Notes under the pieces: generated by a model
What the model was told of the DNA's origin: nothing
Seen by the model: the letters and a program-made list of their open reading frames with translations, nothing else
Database searches by the model: none
Shown: piece by piece, positions 48,241 to 57,412 of the stretch
How the letters are laid out: the number at the start of each line of letters is the position of its first letter
Position numbering within the stretch: the stretch's first letter is position 1
Program-made: the position numbers and the translations under genes
IMG/VR virus record: IMGVR_UViG_3300023179_000073
Location: 15,622 to 79,621 of that record
Strand: one strand, 5' to 3'
Source of the DNA: a virus
Length of the DNA: 64,000 nt

Positions 48241-48936
48241 TTATTTTGTTAAGTCTTCATATTCTAGACCCATGCCAATACCAAACCCTGCTTTCTTGGC
48301 ATTCTGTCCTTGAAGGGCCAATATGTCTCTACTATCTTTTGTTGCACCTCTACTAAATACTCTAGCCTTCATGTCTTCCCATTCTTTTTGTCCCCTGCTA
48401 GATCCAGACTGTTTATCTAAGTCTACCCCCTGAATTGCAGCCAAAAACTTTTTTTCTTGGTAATCAAGTTCTCTGCTACTTGAAAGTGTTGCTATTAGTT
48501 CTGGCATAGATAGTGATTCTTCTAATTCTTTATAATCTTTCCATATTCCCAGCAAAAATACCTCAGATTCAATCTTTGCTAAATCTAATTCTGACCAACT
48601 AGCGCCACTATCTGTTGCTTGATCTTTTACTGTTTCTTCAGATTTTTGATTTATTTTTATACCCGCCGAAATATCTAATACTGTATATATTGTTGGCATA
48701 TCAAGACTATCTTCTATATCATATTTTGTAAATTGTATACCTGGATAATATTGTTTCATTGCTATTCTTACACACTCAACTAAAAAATCTATAGCCTCAT
48801 CATCATTTTTAGCAGTTTTAACATATTCAAATGCTTCCATAAAATCACGCAAATATTTTATTTTTAATGGAACAATCTCTAATTCTGTGCCATCAACAAG
48901 TTTTATTATTTTATTTTTGTAAATAGTTGTTGCCAT
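48241..48936 (-). CDS. Tail assembly chaperone, long form (GT-like fusion)
   Basis: G-like N-half plus T-like C-half (WKDYKELEESLSMPEL) in one frame. Confidence 0.8.
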   Translation of the reverse strand: MATTIYKNKIIKLVDGTELEIVPLKIKYLRDFMEAFEYVKTAKNDDEAIDFLVECVRIAMKQYYPGIQFTKYDIEDSLDMPTIYTVLDISAGIKINQKSEETVKDQATDSGASWSELDLAKIESEVFLLGIWKDYKELEESLSMPELIATLSSSRELDYQEKKFLAAIQGVDLDKQSGSSRGQKEWEDMKARVFSRGATKDSRDILALQGQNAKKAGFGIGMGLEYEDLTK

Positions 48937-48960
48937 AATCTTTCTATTCTATCATAGGCA

Positions 48961-48991
48961 AAACAAAAAACCCACCTAATTAAAGGTGGGT
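48961..48991 (-). terminator. Rho-independent terminator after major tail gene
   Basis: Stem ACCCACCT/AGGTGGGT followed by a T-run. Confidence 0.8.
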
Positions 48992-49013
48992 CTAGTGTTA
49001 ATCCAAAGTTAGA

Positions 49014-49646
49014 TTATGATTGTCCCCAAGTACGATCTACGATCTTACCATAGGATCCTGATGCATCTTCTGGAAGAAGACGGAATGAAACTTCAAACAT
49101 TGATGCCTCGTCACGCTTTGCGGATACAGTTACGTTTTCAATTGATAGAGCACGATATGCTGTATAAACACGCTCAACAGAGTCAGAGTCATCACAATCT
49201 CCAGTTCCTGGTCCAACTGCAACGATTCCTCGTTCTACTGGACACTCTCCAAGTTCACCTGCTGATAGATTTAATGCTCTACCTGTAGATGCTGCCTTGT
49301 TTCCTGTAAGTTGTGCATCAGAGAATGCTAATGCAAGAAGCAAGTTTTCTAATGTTGCTTCAGCAAAAGCGGTAGCAAGATTAACTTGCATACCTTGCTT
49401 ATATAGTTTTGCAACGTCAAGAATTTGGTCTACCTGAACTTCACCGAAGTCTGGTTGGAACTGTAATTCTAAACCGTTCATGGTATAACCAATGTTAGTG
49501 TAATCTGCTTCGTCTGATAGTGTATCCTTAAAAGATTCGCTTGCATCAAAAGCCTCCAGTGTGCCTGGAGTTAAAGTAGTATCAGCAATAAAAAGTGCTG
49601 CTGCACCAACAATAATGTTGTTTGACGTACCACGGCTATATGGCAT
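49014..49646 (-). CDS. Major tail (tube) protein
   Basis: NIIVGAA, GYTMNGLEL, VDQILD, AEATLENL; SD GAGGTG; terminator downstream. Confidence 0.9.
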   Translation of the reverse strand: MPYSRGTSNNIIVGAAALFIADTTLTPGTLEAFDASESFKDTLSDEADYTNIGYTMNGLELQFQPDFGEVQVDQILDVAKLYKQGMQVNLATAFAEATLENLLLALAFSDAQLTGNKAASTGRALNLSAGELGECPVERGIVAVGPGTGDCDDSDSVERVYTAYRALSIENVTVSAKRDEASMFEVSFRLLPEDASGSYGKIVDRTWGQS

Positions 49647-49716
49647 ATGTATTCACCTCTTTCTTAAGTGTATTAAGTTGTATGGCGTGTTTCCTCAAAA
49701 CCAATTATACCGCCAT

Positions 49717-50289
49717 TTATGTGTATCTAGAGTCAGACTCAGTCTTTATATGGTAGTCATACTCTATAATTAGTTTATTTACAAACAGGGTTCTTGCAGA
49801 AGCCAGTTCTGCTACATCTCTGCTTTCGTCTGCTTGATATACCCTTGTATTATGAAAAAATATATTATATGGTATTGAAACGTTGCCCTGATTATTTAAT
49901 ATTGGGTTTGCAAGGCTATAAGAATTTATATCTTGGGCTGATGCGTCCTCACGATCAAGGGCATTTGATATAACACGAACTGAGTCTATTAATTTGCCTA
50001 CATCTGTAGAATATATAAAGTATATAAGTTGTTCTCTTTTATGAGCATAAAATGGGGTAGGTCTAAATCTCATGAGTCTGTCATAAACAATTAAGACTGG
50101 ACTTTCTGTTTGTCTTATTTGAATGCTGTCATTATAAAGGTCTTCAATATTAGTTGGAAATTGTGCTGGAACCATGGGAGTTGGGTTTACCAAGTCAGAG
50201 TCTGCAATAAGATTATAAAATGCTAACTCAGATAAAACATATCTATTTAAAAATGTTGGCGGGAATCCAGTATCAGTTAGTATAGTCAT
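49717..50289 (-). CDS. Putative tail terminator
   Basis: Position directly upstream of the tail tube gene. Confidence 0.6.
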   Translation of the reverse strand: MTILTDTGFPPTFLNRYVLSELAFYNLIADSDLVNPTPMVPAQFPTNIEDLYNDSIQIRQTESPVLIVYDRLMRFRPTPFYAHKREQLIYFIYSTDVGKLIDSVRVISNALDREDASAQDINSYSLANPILNNQGNVSIPYNIFFHNTRVYQADESRDVAELASARTLFVNKLIIEYDYHIKTESDSRYT

Positions 50290-50293
50290 AGAT

Positions 50294-50971
50294 CTATTCT
50301 ACCCCAATTGTTGCATTAGTAATCCACTTAAAGCCTGTATCAACACCTTTGCTTTTACCCATTTTTGATCCAGCCTTAAGATTCTTTTTGTATAGTGTTG
50401 GCTTTTTAATATAATCATATAGTCCTGATGCCCTTAAAAAAGATTGTTTAAAATATCTAATCATAAATTCGTCAAACACAGACTCAAAACCTCTATATAC
50501 TTCATCTCCACCTGGATTTTCAACTTTAATTGGTTTACTTGTAAAAACTTCTCCGCTTGGTCCATTAAACTTTAAAACTTTTGATTTTGTTGGTGCAATT
50601 GTAACTGGAATTCCATTTTCCATAATTCTTGCTTTATCATAAAATGGAGCAGTCATATTTTCAGAAATTGTTCTTGATTGTTTAAAAGTAGAATTTAAAG
50701 ATAGGCCTAAATTACTAACGGTATACTTTAAATCAAATAATCTTGCACTAGGACTACCTGTTTGATTCCATTCATAAACATGGTGAAGTGCTTTTGGATT
50801 AGATCTTGCTTGTACGTCAATATATTGAGATAGAGATTGAATTACTCCATGACCTAATTTATCAAGAAATATTTTTTTACCACGCTTTACGCCTTCTAAA
50901 AAACCAAAAGAATAGTTTACAATATTGTTCATTTGCTTAGTAAAAGAAACGGTGTTAGTATTAACAATCAT
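50294..50971 (-). CDS. Neck / tail completion protein
   Basis: Position; LHHVYEW. Confidence 0.6.
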   Translation of the reverse strand: MIVNTNTVSFTKQMNNIVNYSFGFLEGVKRGKKIFLDKLGHGVIQSLSQYIDVQARSNPKALHHVYEWNQTGSPSARLFDLKYTVSNLGLSLNSTFKQSRTISENMTAPFYDKARIMENGIPVTIAPTKSKVLKFNGPSGEVFTSKPIKVENPGGDEVYRGFESVFDEFMIRYFKQSFLRASGLYDYIKKPTLYKKNLKAGSKMGKSKGVDTGFKWITNATIGVE

Positions 50972-51420
50972 TAGTCACCTACCGTTTGATTTTCAGTTCT
51001 ACGCCATAACATTTTATAATATTCTGTAGATCCAAATGGACCAGTAAATGGCTCAACTGTTGCTATTTCATATATAGTTCCTCTACCAGATCTTGGTCCA
51101 GCAGTTTCTTTATAAATAATGTTATCATTGGCATCTCTTACATTTGTAACAAGTATGTTTGTTGTTGCGTTATTTGCATTATTTGAAGAAAGTCTTGGAT
51201 CATTTTTGGTTCTTGCAATAAGTTTATTTTCATATTGTAGAAATGCTTCTGGCTTTATATCTTCTGTTCCCAAACCACCAACTGGGGTAGCATTACAAAT
51301 TATTGTTCTATCGTAAACCCAATCTTTTTTAGGCTGACCATAATCACCTTGTTCAAGAATTGGAAAATATATATCAGCCTTCATTGGAAACATAAAGTCT
51401 GTAACTTCACATGAATCCAT
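50971..51420 (-). CDS. Head-to-tail stopper
   Basis: Position and beta-rich sequence. Confidence 0.6.
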   Translation of the reverse strand: MDSCEVTDFMFPMKADIYFPILEQGDYGQPKKDWVYDRTIICNATPVGGLGTEDIKPEAFLQYENKLIARTKNDPRLSSNNANNATTNILVTNVRDANDNIIYKETAGPRSGRGTIYEIATVEPFTGPFGSTEYYKMLWRRTENQTVGD

Positions 51421-52406
51421 TATAATACTCCAGGACGAACAATATTATCAACATATTTAGACAAAATTTTGTCTACAATAATATTTCCAGTACCCTCAAT
51501 CATTCTCTTATCGTATTCAATCTTAAATTGATCAGTGCTGTAATTCTTTACGTATCTCTTATAATAATCTAATTTGCCACACTTAATGTCTTCAATAAGT
51601 AGATTTGTTGCATCTTGAATGTCAATTGGTACAACTTTATACCCTGTTTCTAATAAAAAGATATAGTCTACTCCAGTAGGAAATGCTACTCCTCCAGTAA
51701 TGGTTTGAGTATTTCCGCTATCTTCTGTATCAAATATTGCAAAAGAATCTGAAGAGCCTAAAGGAATTCTTGCTGGACGTCTTTCTGCTCTGTCTACTGA
51801 GTCTACCGCTACTATTGGGTCTTTTGTGATTGCAGTTTTATCTTTAGTAATAAGATAATTAAAATCTCCTAATGCTGGACCATTTTCATCACTTGTGTCA
51901 TACATCAATTGTGTATTTTCATATGCCTTTAAAATTTTATGTGTTCTGTCCCAAAGAGGAATGTAGTCTGTTCCCTGTCCAACAACTTCTAAAAATTTAC
52001 GTCTATAGTAAAATCCATCAACTATTGAATCAATAATTGCTCTAGCAAGAGATTCATGTTTTTTATATTCTGCAATCTCTGTTGCAGTTGTTCCTAATGT
52101 ATTTGGATCTACATAAGGTCTTTCAATTTGCAAGTTATCTTCTACAACAATATCTCCACGATCTTCTACAACGTCTCCACTTTCGCCCAAGTCTTCATGT
52201 ATTTTTACAGTATAAGACTTATCGTATAAAACAAAATCATCTGTTAATGAATAGGTTATTTGAGAATCTGCATCTGATGTAACATACTCAACAATTTCTC
52301 TTTGTTCTGGAGTATCTTCAATTACTAAAACATAATCTGTATTTGCATCTGGAACTGTATAAGTTACAGAAAGCGGGTATGGGGGAAGACGAAGAACTAC
52401 TGACAT
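51420..52406 (-). CDS. Head-to-tail adaptor
   Basis: ARAIIDS, GYKVVPIDIQDA, GNIIVDKILSKY. Confidence 0.7.
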   Translation of the reverse strand: MSVVLRLPPYPLSVTYTVPDANTDYVLVIEDTPEQREIVEYVTSDADSQITYSLTDDFVLYDKSYTVKIHEDLGESGDVVEDRGDIVVEDNLQIERPYVDPNTLGTTATEIAEYKKHESLARAIIDSIVDGFYYRRKFLEVVGQGTDYIPLWDRTHKILKAYENTQLMYDTSDENGPALGDFNYLITKDKTAITKDPIVAVDSVDRAERRPARIPLGSSDSFAIFDTEDSGNTQTITGGVAFPTGVDYIFLLETGYKVVPIDIQDATNLLIEDIKCGKLDYYKRYVKNYSTDQFKIEYDKRMIEGTGNIIVDKILSKYVDNIVRPGVL

Positions 52407-52744
52407 TATGCTTTACCGTAATATGATGCTACCTCTTCAGGTGATGCTATTCGCACTGCCTTATGATTTAGCCACTTTTCGGATGCCTCCTTGGTTACTA
52501 TGTTATACCCCACTGAAATTGGTTTAAGATTATCCATATGTAAATTCTTTTGTGAGTAAATTGCTACCTTTTCTTTTACTTCTTTAACTTCTTGTTTTTG
52601 TTCTTCAGATGGCATCCAACTAGCAATAATCTCTAATATTTCAAGTTTAGTATTTGAATCAAATAACTCTATATTATTTTTTTTAGCATATGCTTTTAGT
52701 GCCATAACAGTCTTTTTTGATAATTCTTCCATTGTAATTGTCAT
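52406..52744 (-). CDS. Head-associated protein with Rho-N/HeH-like N-terminus
   Basis: EELSKKTVMALKAYAK...TKLEIL. Confidence 0.6.
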   Translation of the reverse strand: MTITMEELSKKTVMALKAYAKKNNIELFDSNTKLEILEIIASWMPSEEQKQEVKEVKEKVAIYSQKNLHMDNLKPISVGYNIVTKEASEKWLNHKAVRIASPEEVASYYGKA

Positions 52745-52783
52745 ATTTTATCTCCTACACTCATTTGTAATTATACCATTATA

Positions 52784-52818
52784 ACAAAATAAGGAGGGCA
52801 GTTTTATACCGCCCTCCC
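52784..52818 (-). terminator. Rho-independent terminator after major capsid gene
   Basis: GGAGGGCGGT-ATAAA-ACTGCCCTCC then TTATTTT. Confidence 0.8.
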
Positions 52819-52841
52819 TTTTGTATCTAAAGAATTAGATA

Positions 52842-53987
52842 TTATGAATCAGCGCTATCTGAGTCAACATAAGCAACTGCATCTAGTTCTTCCCATGCAA
52901 TACCAAAGCGTACGAATACTGTATATTCTACAGTGTCCTTCTTTGGCTTGTATTCACGGTTTACAGTGATGTCTCTCTGGAAGCCCCATACACGGTTCTG
53001 AGGGAATGTTAAATCAACATAACCTGCAGGATAGTAAGGAACTTCTAGAACGTCCACTCCAAGAACACGAGTTGTACGTGCATCTCCGAATGTTTGTGCG
53101 CCACCGTCTAGGTATGCTTGACGGTTTGCTTGAGTGCTACCAATGCGATCTGAGAACGCTGATGAAATAGCATCTGCAAGTGTACCGTTGTTGCGAACAA
53201 TGCCAGCAAATGCATCAGTACCTGCGTAGAACTTAAGGTTTGACTTAAGTGCACGGTACTTACGAGGCATTGCTAATAGCAAGCCTTGCATTACTGAAGT
53301 TGTATAGTTGTTGTCTGCTACTGTTGCAGCATATTCGTGAGCATCGTTTCCGACTGTTCCACGAGTTTGCTTTACGAAGCCTGACATAATAGATAAGAAG
53401 TCTCCAGTTGCGCCATCGCCGTTAATAGCAAGGTCTTCAATATCGTTACCGAATGCATTTGTCATCAATCGTACTAAACGATCTTCTAATGCACCGCCTT
53501 CAATATTATCTTCTAGTGACTCTGTGCTTACTTCCCAATCAAGACGAATCTTCTTAGTTGTAAGTTCTACTTTAGTAAATGTTGCGCCAGTGTTGGTGTA
53601 GTTTGGGCTACCCTGTGCTGCTGCACGAATAACACGCTCTCCAACGTTGACCTTCTCAATTTCCATGGTGTTTGCTCTCATGGTAACTCTACGGCCATCC
53701 TTAGCGAGAACTGTTGCATCCCACACGTAGTCAATAAAACGACGTGCTTGTTCAGGATTTAGGATACCACCAGCGGCTCCTGTTGGATTTACAGCGTTGG
53801 CACCAGTTGTTACACCAAAGCCTGCTGTTGCTGTGTTACCAAGTTGTGATCCTACAGACGCTCCTGCAGAGTCTAAACCTGTTGCACTTCCAACACCACC
53901 AGATACCAATGCACCTGCTGAGTTAATTTCAGCGCCTGCACTTGCTCCTGGATAGTTTTTTTCTAGATTTGTGTTTTGTTCCGACAT
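52842..53987 (-). CDS. Major capsid protein (HK97 fold)
   Basis: GGILNPEQARRFID, LEDNIEG, EDLAINGD; SD GGAGGTG; follows protease/scaffold. Confidence 0.93.
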   Translation of the reverse strand: MSEQNTNLEKNYPGASAGAEINSAGALVSGGVGSATGLDSAGASVGSQLGNTATAGFGVTTGANAVNPTGAAGGILNPEQARRFIDYVWDATVLAKDGRRVTMRANTMEIEKVNVGERVIRAAAQGSPNYTNTGATFTKVELTTKKIRLDWEVSTESLEDNIEGGALEDRLVRLMTNAFGNDIEDLAINGDGATGDFLSIMSGFVKQTRGTVGNDAHEYAATVADNNYTTSVMQGLLLAMPRKYRALKSNLKFYAGTDAFAGIVRNNGTLADAISSAFSDRIGSTQANRQAYLDGGAQTFGDARTTRVLGVDVLEVPYYPAGYVDLTFPQNRVWGFQRDITVNREYKPKKDTVEYTVFVRFGIAWEELDAVAYVDSDSADS

Positions 53988-54014
53988 ATTGTTCACCTCC
54001 TAGTGATATATACC

Positions 54015-54599
54015 TTAGTTAAATAGGTCGGTTGATGTGAGGAAACGACCGCCCCATAGGGATTTCTGAACCACTTGTGGTGATTCCTGCACGATCTCGC
54101 CTAGATCGCCAGACTTGCGGAAAGCGGTGTCTTTTTCTACAAGATCTACTCGCTTGCCAAACTCATTAAAGTTACCCTTGATATTGTTAACATCTGCTGT
54201 TACTGCATCAAGAGACTTTGTTACTGCTGCTACCTGCTCATTTAGAGTCTTAATAGTTGCAGCAAGATCGCCAAAGGCATTAGTAAGAGAAGTATTAATT
54301 TCTGAAACTGCTTTAGCAACTTCTTCTTTAACCTCTGCAACTGGATCAACCACTGCAGTTTGTACTTTCTCTACTTCTACTGCTGCTTCTGCAACAGAAG
54401 AATTTGCACTAGCATCATCTGATTTAGCAACAGCAAGTTCTTCAACTACTGGTGCTTCTTCAGCGACTGCAGCGGTTTCTGTTGCTTCTGCAACAACTTC
54501 TGTTGCTGCTTCTGCATTTACCTCTGCTGACTGTGCCTCTGGAGCAACCTCTGCATTTTCAACTACAGCGTCTACGGCTGTTTCTGTTGATTCTGTCAT
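54015..54599 (-). CDS. Nested in-frame scaffold protein
   Basis: Internal SD AAGGAGGT (54607-54614) before in-frame ATG 54599. Confidence 0.7.
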   Translation of the reverse strand: MTESTETAVDAVVENAEVAPEAQSAEVNAEAATEVVAEATETAAVAEEAPVVEELAVAKSDDASANSSVAEAAVEVEKVQTAVVDPVAEVKEEVAKAVSEINTSLTNAFGDLAATIKTLNEQVAAVTKSLDAVTADVNNIKGNFNEFGKRVDLVEKDTAFRKSGDLGEIVQESPQVVQKSLWGGRFLTSTDLFN

Positions 54600-55358
54600 T
54601 GGATTTACCTCCTTAGTAATCTTAATTGTACTAATGCCTTTAGCACTATCAACTAAGAATTTTATCATTTCTACGTTATTCTTATCGCTTTTTTCTACGA
54701 AACCTATATTTTGCATTTTGTTACCATTAATTGGACTAATTGCTGACTCTGAATCAGATAGTGTTACGATACCACTTTCTGCATCCCAGAATACATTTTC
54801 AATTTCTGCTTTTGACAAATATCCGCTTACAACATTTTGTCCATTTACTTTTTCAATAGAAAGAATATTTGCAAATTGATTTGCTGGATTATCAACTAAA
54901 GATAACTCATGTAATTCGTAATTCTTAATTACACGAACTGTTTTATCCATTTTCTCATCATAAGCATCATCCCAAGTTTTAATGCTTCCACCAATTGAAA
55001 AACCAGTATATGTTCCATCTAAAACCTTTTCCCATGCATCTTGTGCACCTTTAGAAACATATGCAGAAACATAAACTCCGCTATAAAATTTTTTGTCATT
55101 TGGGTCAAAATATTTGTCTTCTTTAAAAGAAACAATCTTTCCTACTGCTGAAGGCTGATGCATTTCACGAAGATTGCCACGGAAATTCTTAAATGCCTCT
55201 ATACTTGACTCTGTGGTCACGATATCATTTTGACGATCAACGTTATCAAGCGTTGCAAATCCTGACACCATACGGCGTTCAACGTCTATTTTTCCGATAG
55301 GCATTGATAGGCGAACATTGTCACCTTCAGTTACCCAATGAGCCTTGTTTGTTAACAT
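54015..55358 (-). CDS. Prohead protease fused to scaffold
   Basis: GFATLDNVD, REMH, GFSIGG, ELSLVDNPAN, followed by an acidic Ala/Glu-rich coiled coil. Confidence 0.92.
   Translation of the reverse strand: MLTNKAHWVTEGDNVRLSMPIGKIDVERRMVSGFATLDNVDRQNDIVTTESSIEAFKNFRGNLREMHQPSAVGKIVSFKEDKYFDPNDKKFYSGVYVSAYVSKGAQDAWEKVLDGTYTGFSIGGSIKTWDDAYDEKMDKTVRVIKNYELHELSLVDNPANQFANILSIEKVNGQNVVSGYLSKAEIENVFWDAESGIVTLSDSESAISPINGNKMQNIGFVEKSDKNNVEMIKFLVDSAKGISTIKITKEVNPMTESTETAVDAVVENAEVAPEAQSAEVNAEAATEVVAEATETAAVAEEAPVVEELAVAKSDDASANSSVAEAAVEVEKVQTAVVDPVAEVKEEVAKAVSEINTSLTNAFGDLAATIKTLNEQVAAVTKSLDAVTADVNNIKGNFNEFGKRVDLVEKDTAFRKSGDLGEIVQESPQVVQKSLWGGRFLTSTDLFN
54625..54652 (-). promoter_or_regulatory. Candidate internal promoter TTGATA-N16-TACAAT for scaffold and capsid
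   Basis: Lies inside the protease gene just upstream of the internal SD. Confidence 0.5.
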
Positions 55359-55398
55359 AACTGTTATATTATAGCATTGCTTTATAACAATTTCTCAA

Positions 55399-57003
55399 CT
55401 ATTGAGACGCTCTACCCTCACCTTGTGGATTACGTCCAGATATTGTTGTAGTTGAGTCAGAGTTATTATTTGTTCTTTCTGAATCTCTTTGACGAGTCCC
55501 TGCCAAATTTGCCCTAGCATCTGTTGCTTGTCTTGGAGACATAATAAATGGATCATCTCCATCTGCTCTTTGTGGCAAGTCTAATTTTTCACGAGCCTCA
55601 TTTGGCGTCATTACTTGTGTTTTTACATAACGTTCAAGGATTTGAGACTGAGCAATTTCATCTGTTAATGTTAATTCATTAAACCTTAACTCAAGAATAT
55701 CTGTTTTTTCTTTAATAATTTTATTGACAATTTTCTCAAGATGTCTCTGGGCTGGGCGAGAAACCTGCTCTTTAAAGGTTCTATCTTGTGATAATGCTGC
55801 TGCAATACCTCCAGAATCAGCCCCTCCAAGTTTAGACATAGGAACTTGATGAGCAATTAAAATATCATCACGATTTTGTTTACGATACTCCTTAAATGAT
55901 CCATCCTGTATGCCATTTTCAATTGGCTCCATCTTAAATTCAACCTTGTTTGAATCTGTATCTCCAGGAAGTGGGATATACAGAGTTCTGTGAGATTGAG
56001 CCTTAAGGCCAGTTTGTAAAAATCTAAACATCTTATCTTCGGCATCCCCTGATAGTTTTGCACCCTTTAAGGTAACTACATATCGTGGAACAGCCTTATT
56101 TTCAAAATAGTCAATATTATATTGTGAAGCAAGTTGATCTCCAATAAGAGATGGCATTGCTGCAATAATATCTGGAATACCATAAAAAGTATTTAATGGT
56201 GAGTATTCTTTAAGATGAATAATCTCATTTGGTCTTGGATCTGTTCCAATTGGGTTTGGGTTCTTAGCCCCAAAGTTTCTAAAGTAAACTAACTTTTGAC
56301 CAATAATTTGAACAAAACCATCACGAAGACGACGAACACGAACTGTAGTTGCTGGGATATGACCCACATACCCAATATCTCCAGATACTGTCCTACCTAC
56401 TTCAATAAATCCATTGCCTGTTGCTTGAAGGTCTGTATAAACCTTTTCCATTGTTTTTGTAAAACTATCATCATCATTAAGGCCTTCTAGCCAGTCACGC
56501 AACTCAATCTTTGCTCTTTCAATACGACGACGTGCACGACCAACGGCTTCTTGATCTTCACTTGTTTCAAACCTTAACATTGTTCTATCTGTTACATCAA
56601 AACGATAGCCAAGCCCAACTACGTTTTCTACTTTGGCATCAATAGCAGCATGATTGGCAAATGATGTGTCATAAAAGTTTGCTAATTCATACATATTATA
56701 TGGAGGAGTAATTACGTCAAATAGCCCGTAACCATTTCTGTATACCGTGCCAGGATTGATTTGTTTTGATCCCGCATCTACGCCAGACGGAGTTGTGTTT
56801 GCTGCATTTAAATATGCTTGATTTGTTTCTAATCCTGTTGATTTTGTAATATTGCGACTTGTTCTACGACGAAAATTTTGATCAAGTCCAAAATAATCCT
56901 TTAATTGATCCCAAGATTTATTAAAAGGATCTTGAGATTTAAATATACTCTCTTCACGCTCTTGTGTATTGAGTCCTATGCGAACATATTCTTCATCAGC
57001 CAT
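55399..57003 (-). CDS. Portal protein
   Basis: TGNGFIEV, NEIIH, FYGIP, YFENKAVP, MTPNEAREKL. Confidence 0.93.
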   Translation of the reverse strand: MADEEYVRIGLNTQEREESIFKSQDPFNKSWDQLKDYFGLDQNFRRRTSRNITKSTGLETNQAYLNAANTTPSGVDAGSKQINPGTVYRNGYGLFDVITPPYNMYELANFYDTSFANHAAIDAKVENVVGLGYRFDVTDRTMLRFETSEDQEAVGRARRRIERAKIELRDWLEGLNDDDSFTKTMEKVYTDLQATGNGFIEVGRTVSGDIGYVGHIPATTVRVRRLRDGFVQIIGQKLVYFRNFGAKNPNPIGTDPRPNEIIHLKEYSPLNTFYGIPDIIAAMPSLIGDQLASQYNIDYFENKAVPRYVVTLKGAKLSGDAEDKMFRFLQTGLKAQSHRTLYIPLPGDTDSNKVEFKMEPIENGIQDGSFKEYRKQNRDDILIAHQVPMSKLGGADSGGIAAALSQDRTFKEQVSRPAQRHLEKIVNKIIKEKTDILELRFNELTLTDEIAQSQILERYVKTQVMTPNEAREKLDLPQRADGDDPFIMSPRQATDARANLAGTRQRDSERTNNNSDSTTTISGRNPQGEGRASQ

Positions 57004-57394
57004 TTTCGTATGCATCTCTTCCGTGTGTATTTAATGTTTGCTGAGCAGCATGCCAAGCACCCAAATCGTTCATTGAAGGAATTAAACCTTCTTTTAATCT
57101 TTCTTTTTGTTCAGAATATTCCTCTTCGCTAACTCTGGTTAGTCCAGGAACAAAAACAGCCTCACCTAAACCATCATCTCCATAATAAACAGCCATTTTT
57201 TTTAATTCAGAAATCTTTGAAATATCTCCACGATCTGATGGAATATTCAGAACTGAGCCATTTCCGTCAGAAAACCACTTGCCATTTGATTTCTTATATA
57301 CGTACAAACCCCAGTCATACTGCTTATCTATTACTTTACGACGCACATTTTGTACATAAGGTTTACCAGTTTTTGGATTTATTAGTGATTCCAT
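56996..57394 (-). CDS. Hypothetical protein upstream of portal
   Basis: Leaderless ATG 7 nt after TGCTATACT (57402-57410). Confidence 0.75.
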   Translation of the reverse strand: MESLINPKTGKPYVQNVRRKVIDKQYDWGLYVYKKSNGKWFSDGNGSVLNIPSDRGDISKISELKKMAVYYGDDGLGEAVFVPGLTRVSEEEYSEQKERLKEGLIPSMNDLGAWHAAQQTLNTHGRDAYENG

Positions 57395-57412
57395 AACCAT
57401 AAGTATAGCAGA

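Noticed and set aside
54115-54879. 254 aa plus-strand ORF
   Set aside because: Antisense shadow of the Ala/Glu/Val-rich scaffold, with low-complexity Ser/Ala/Thr translation
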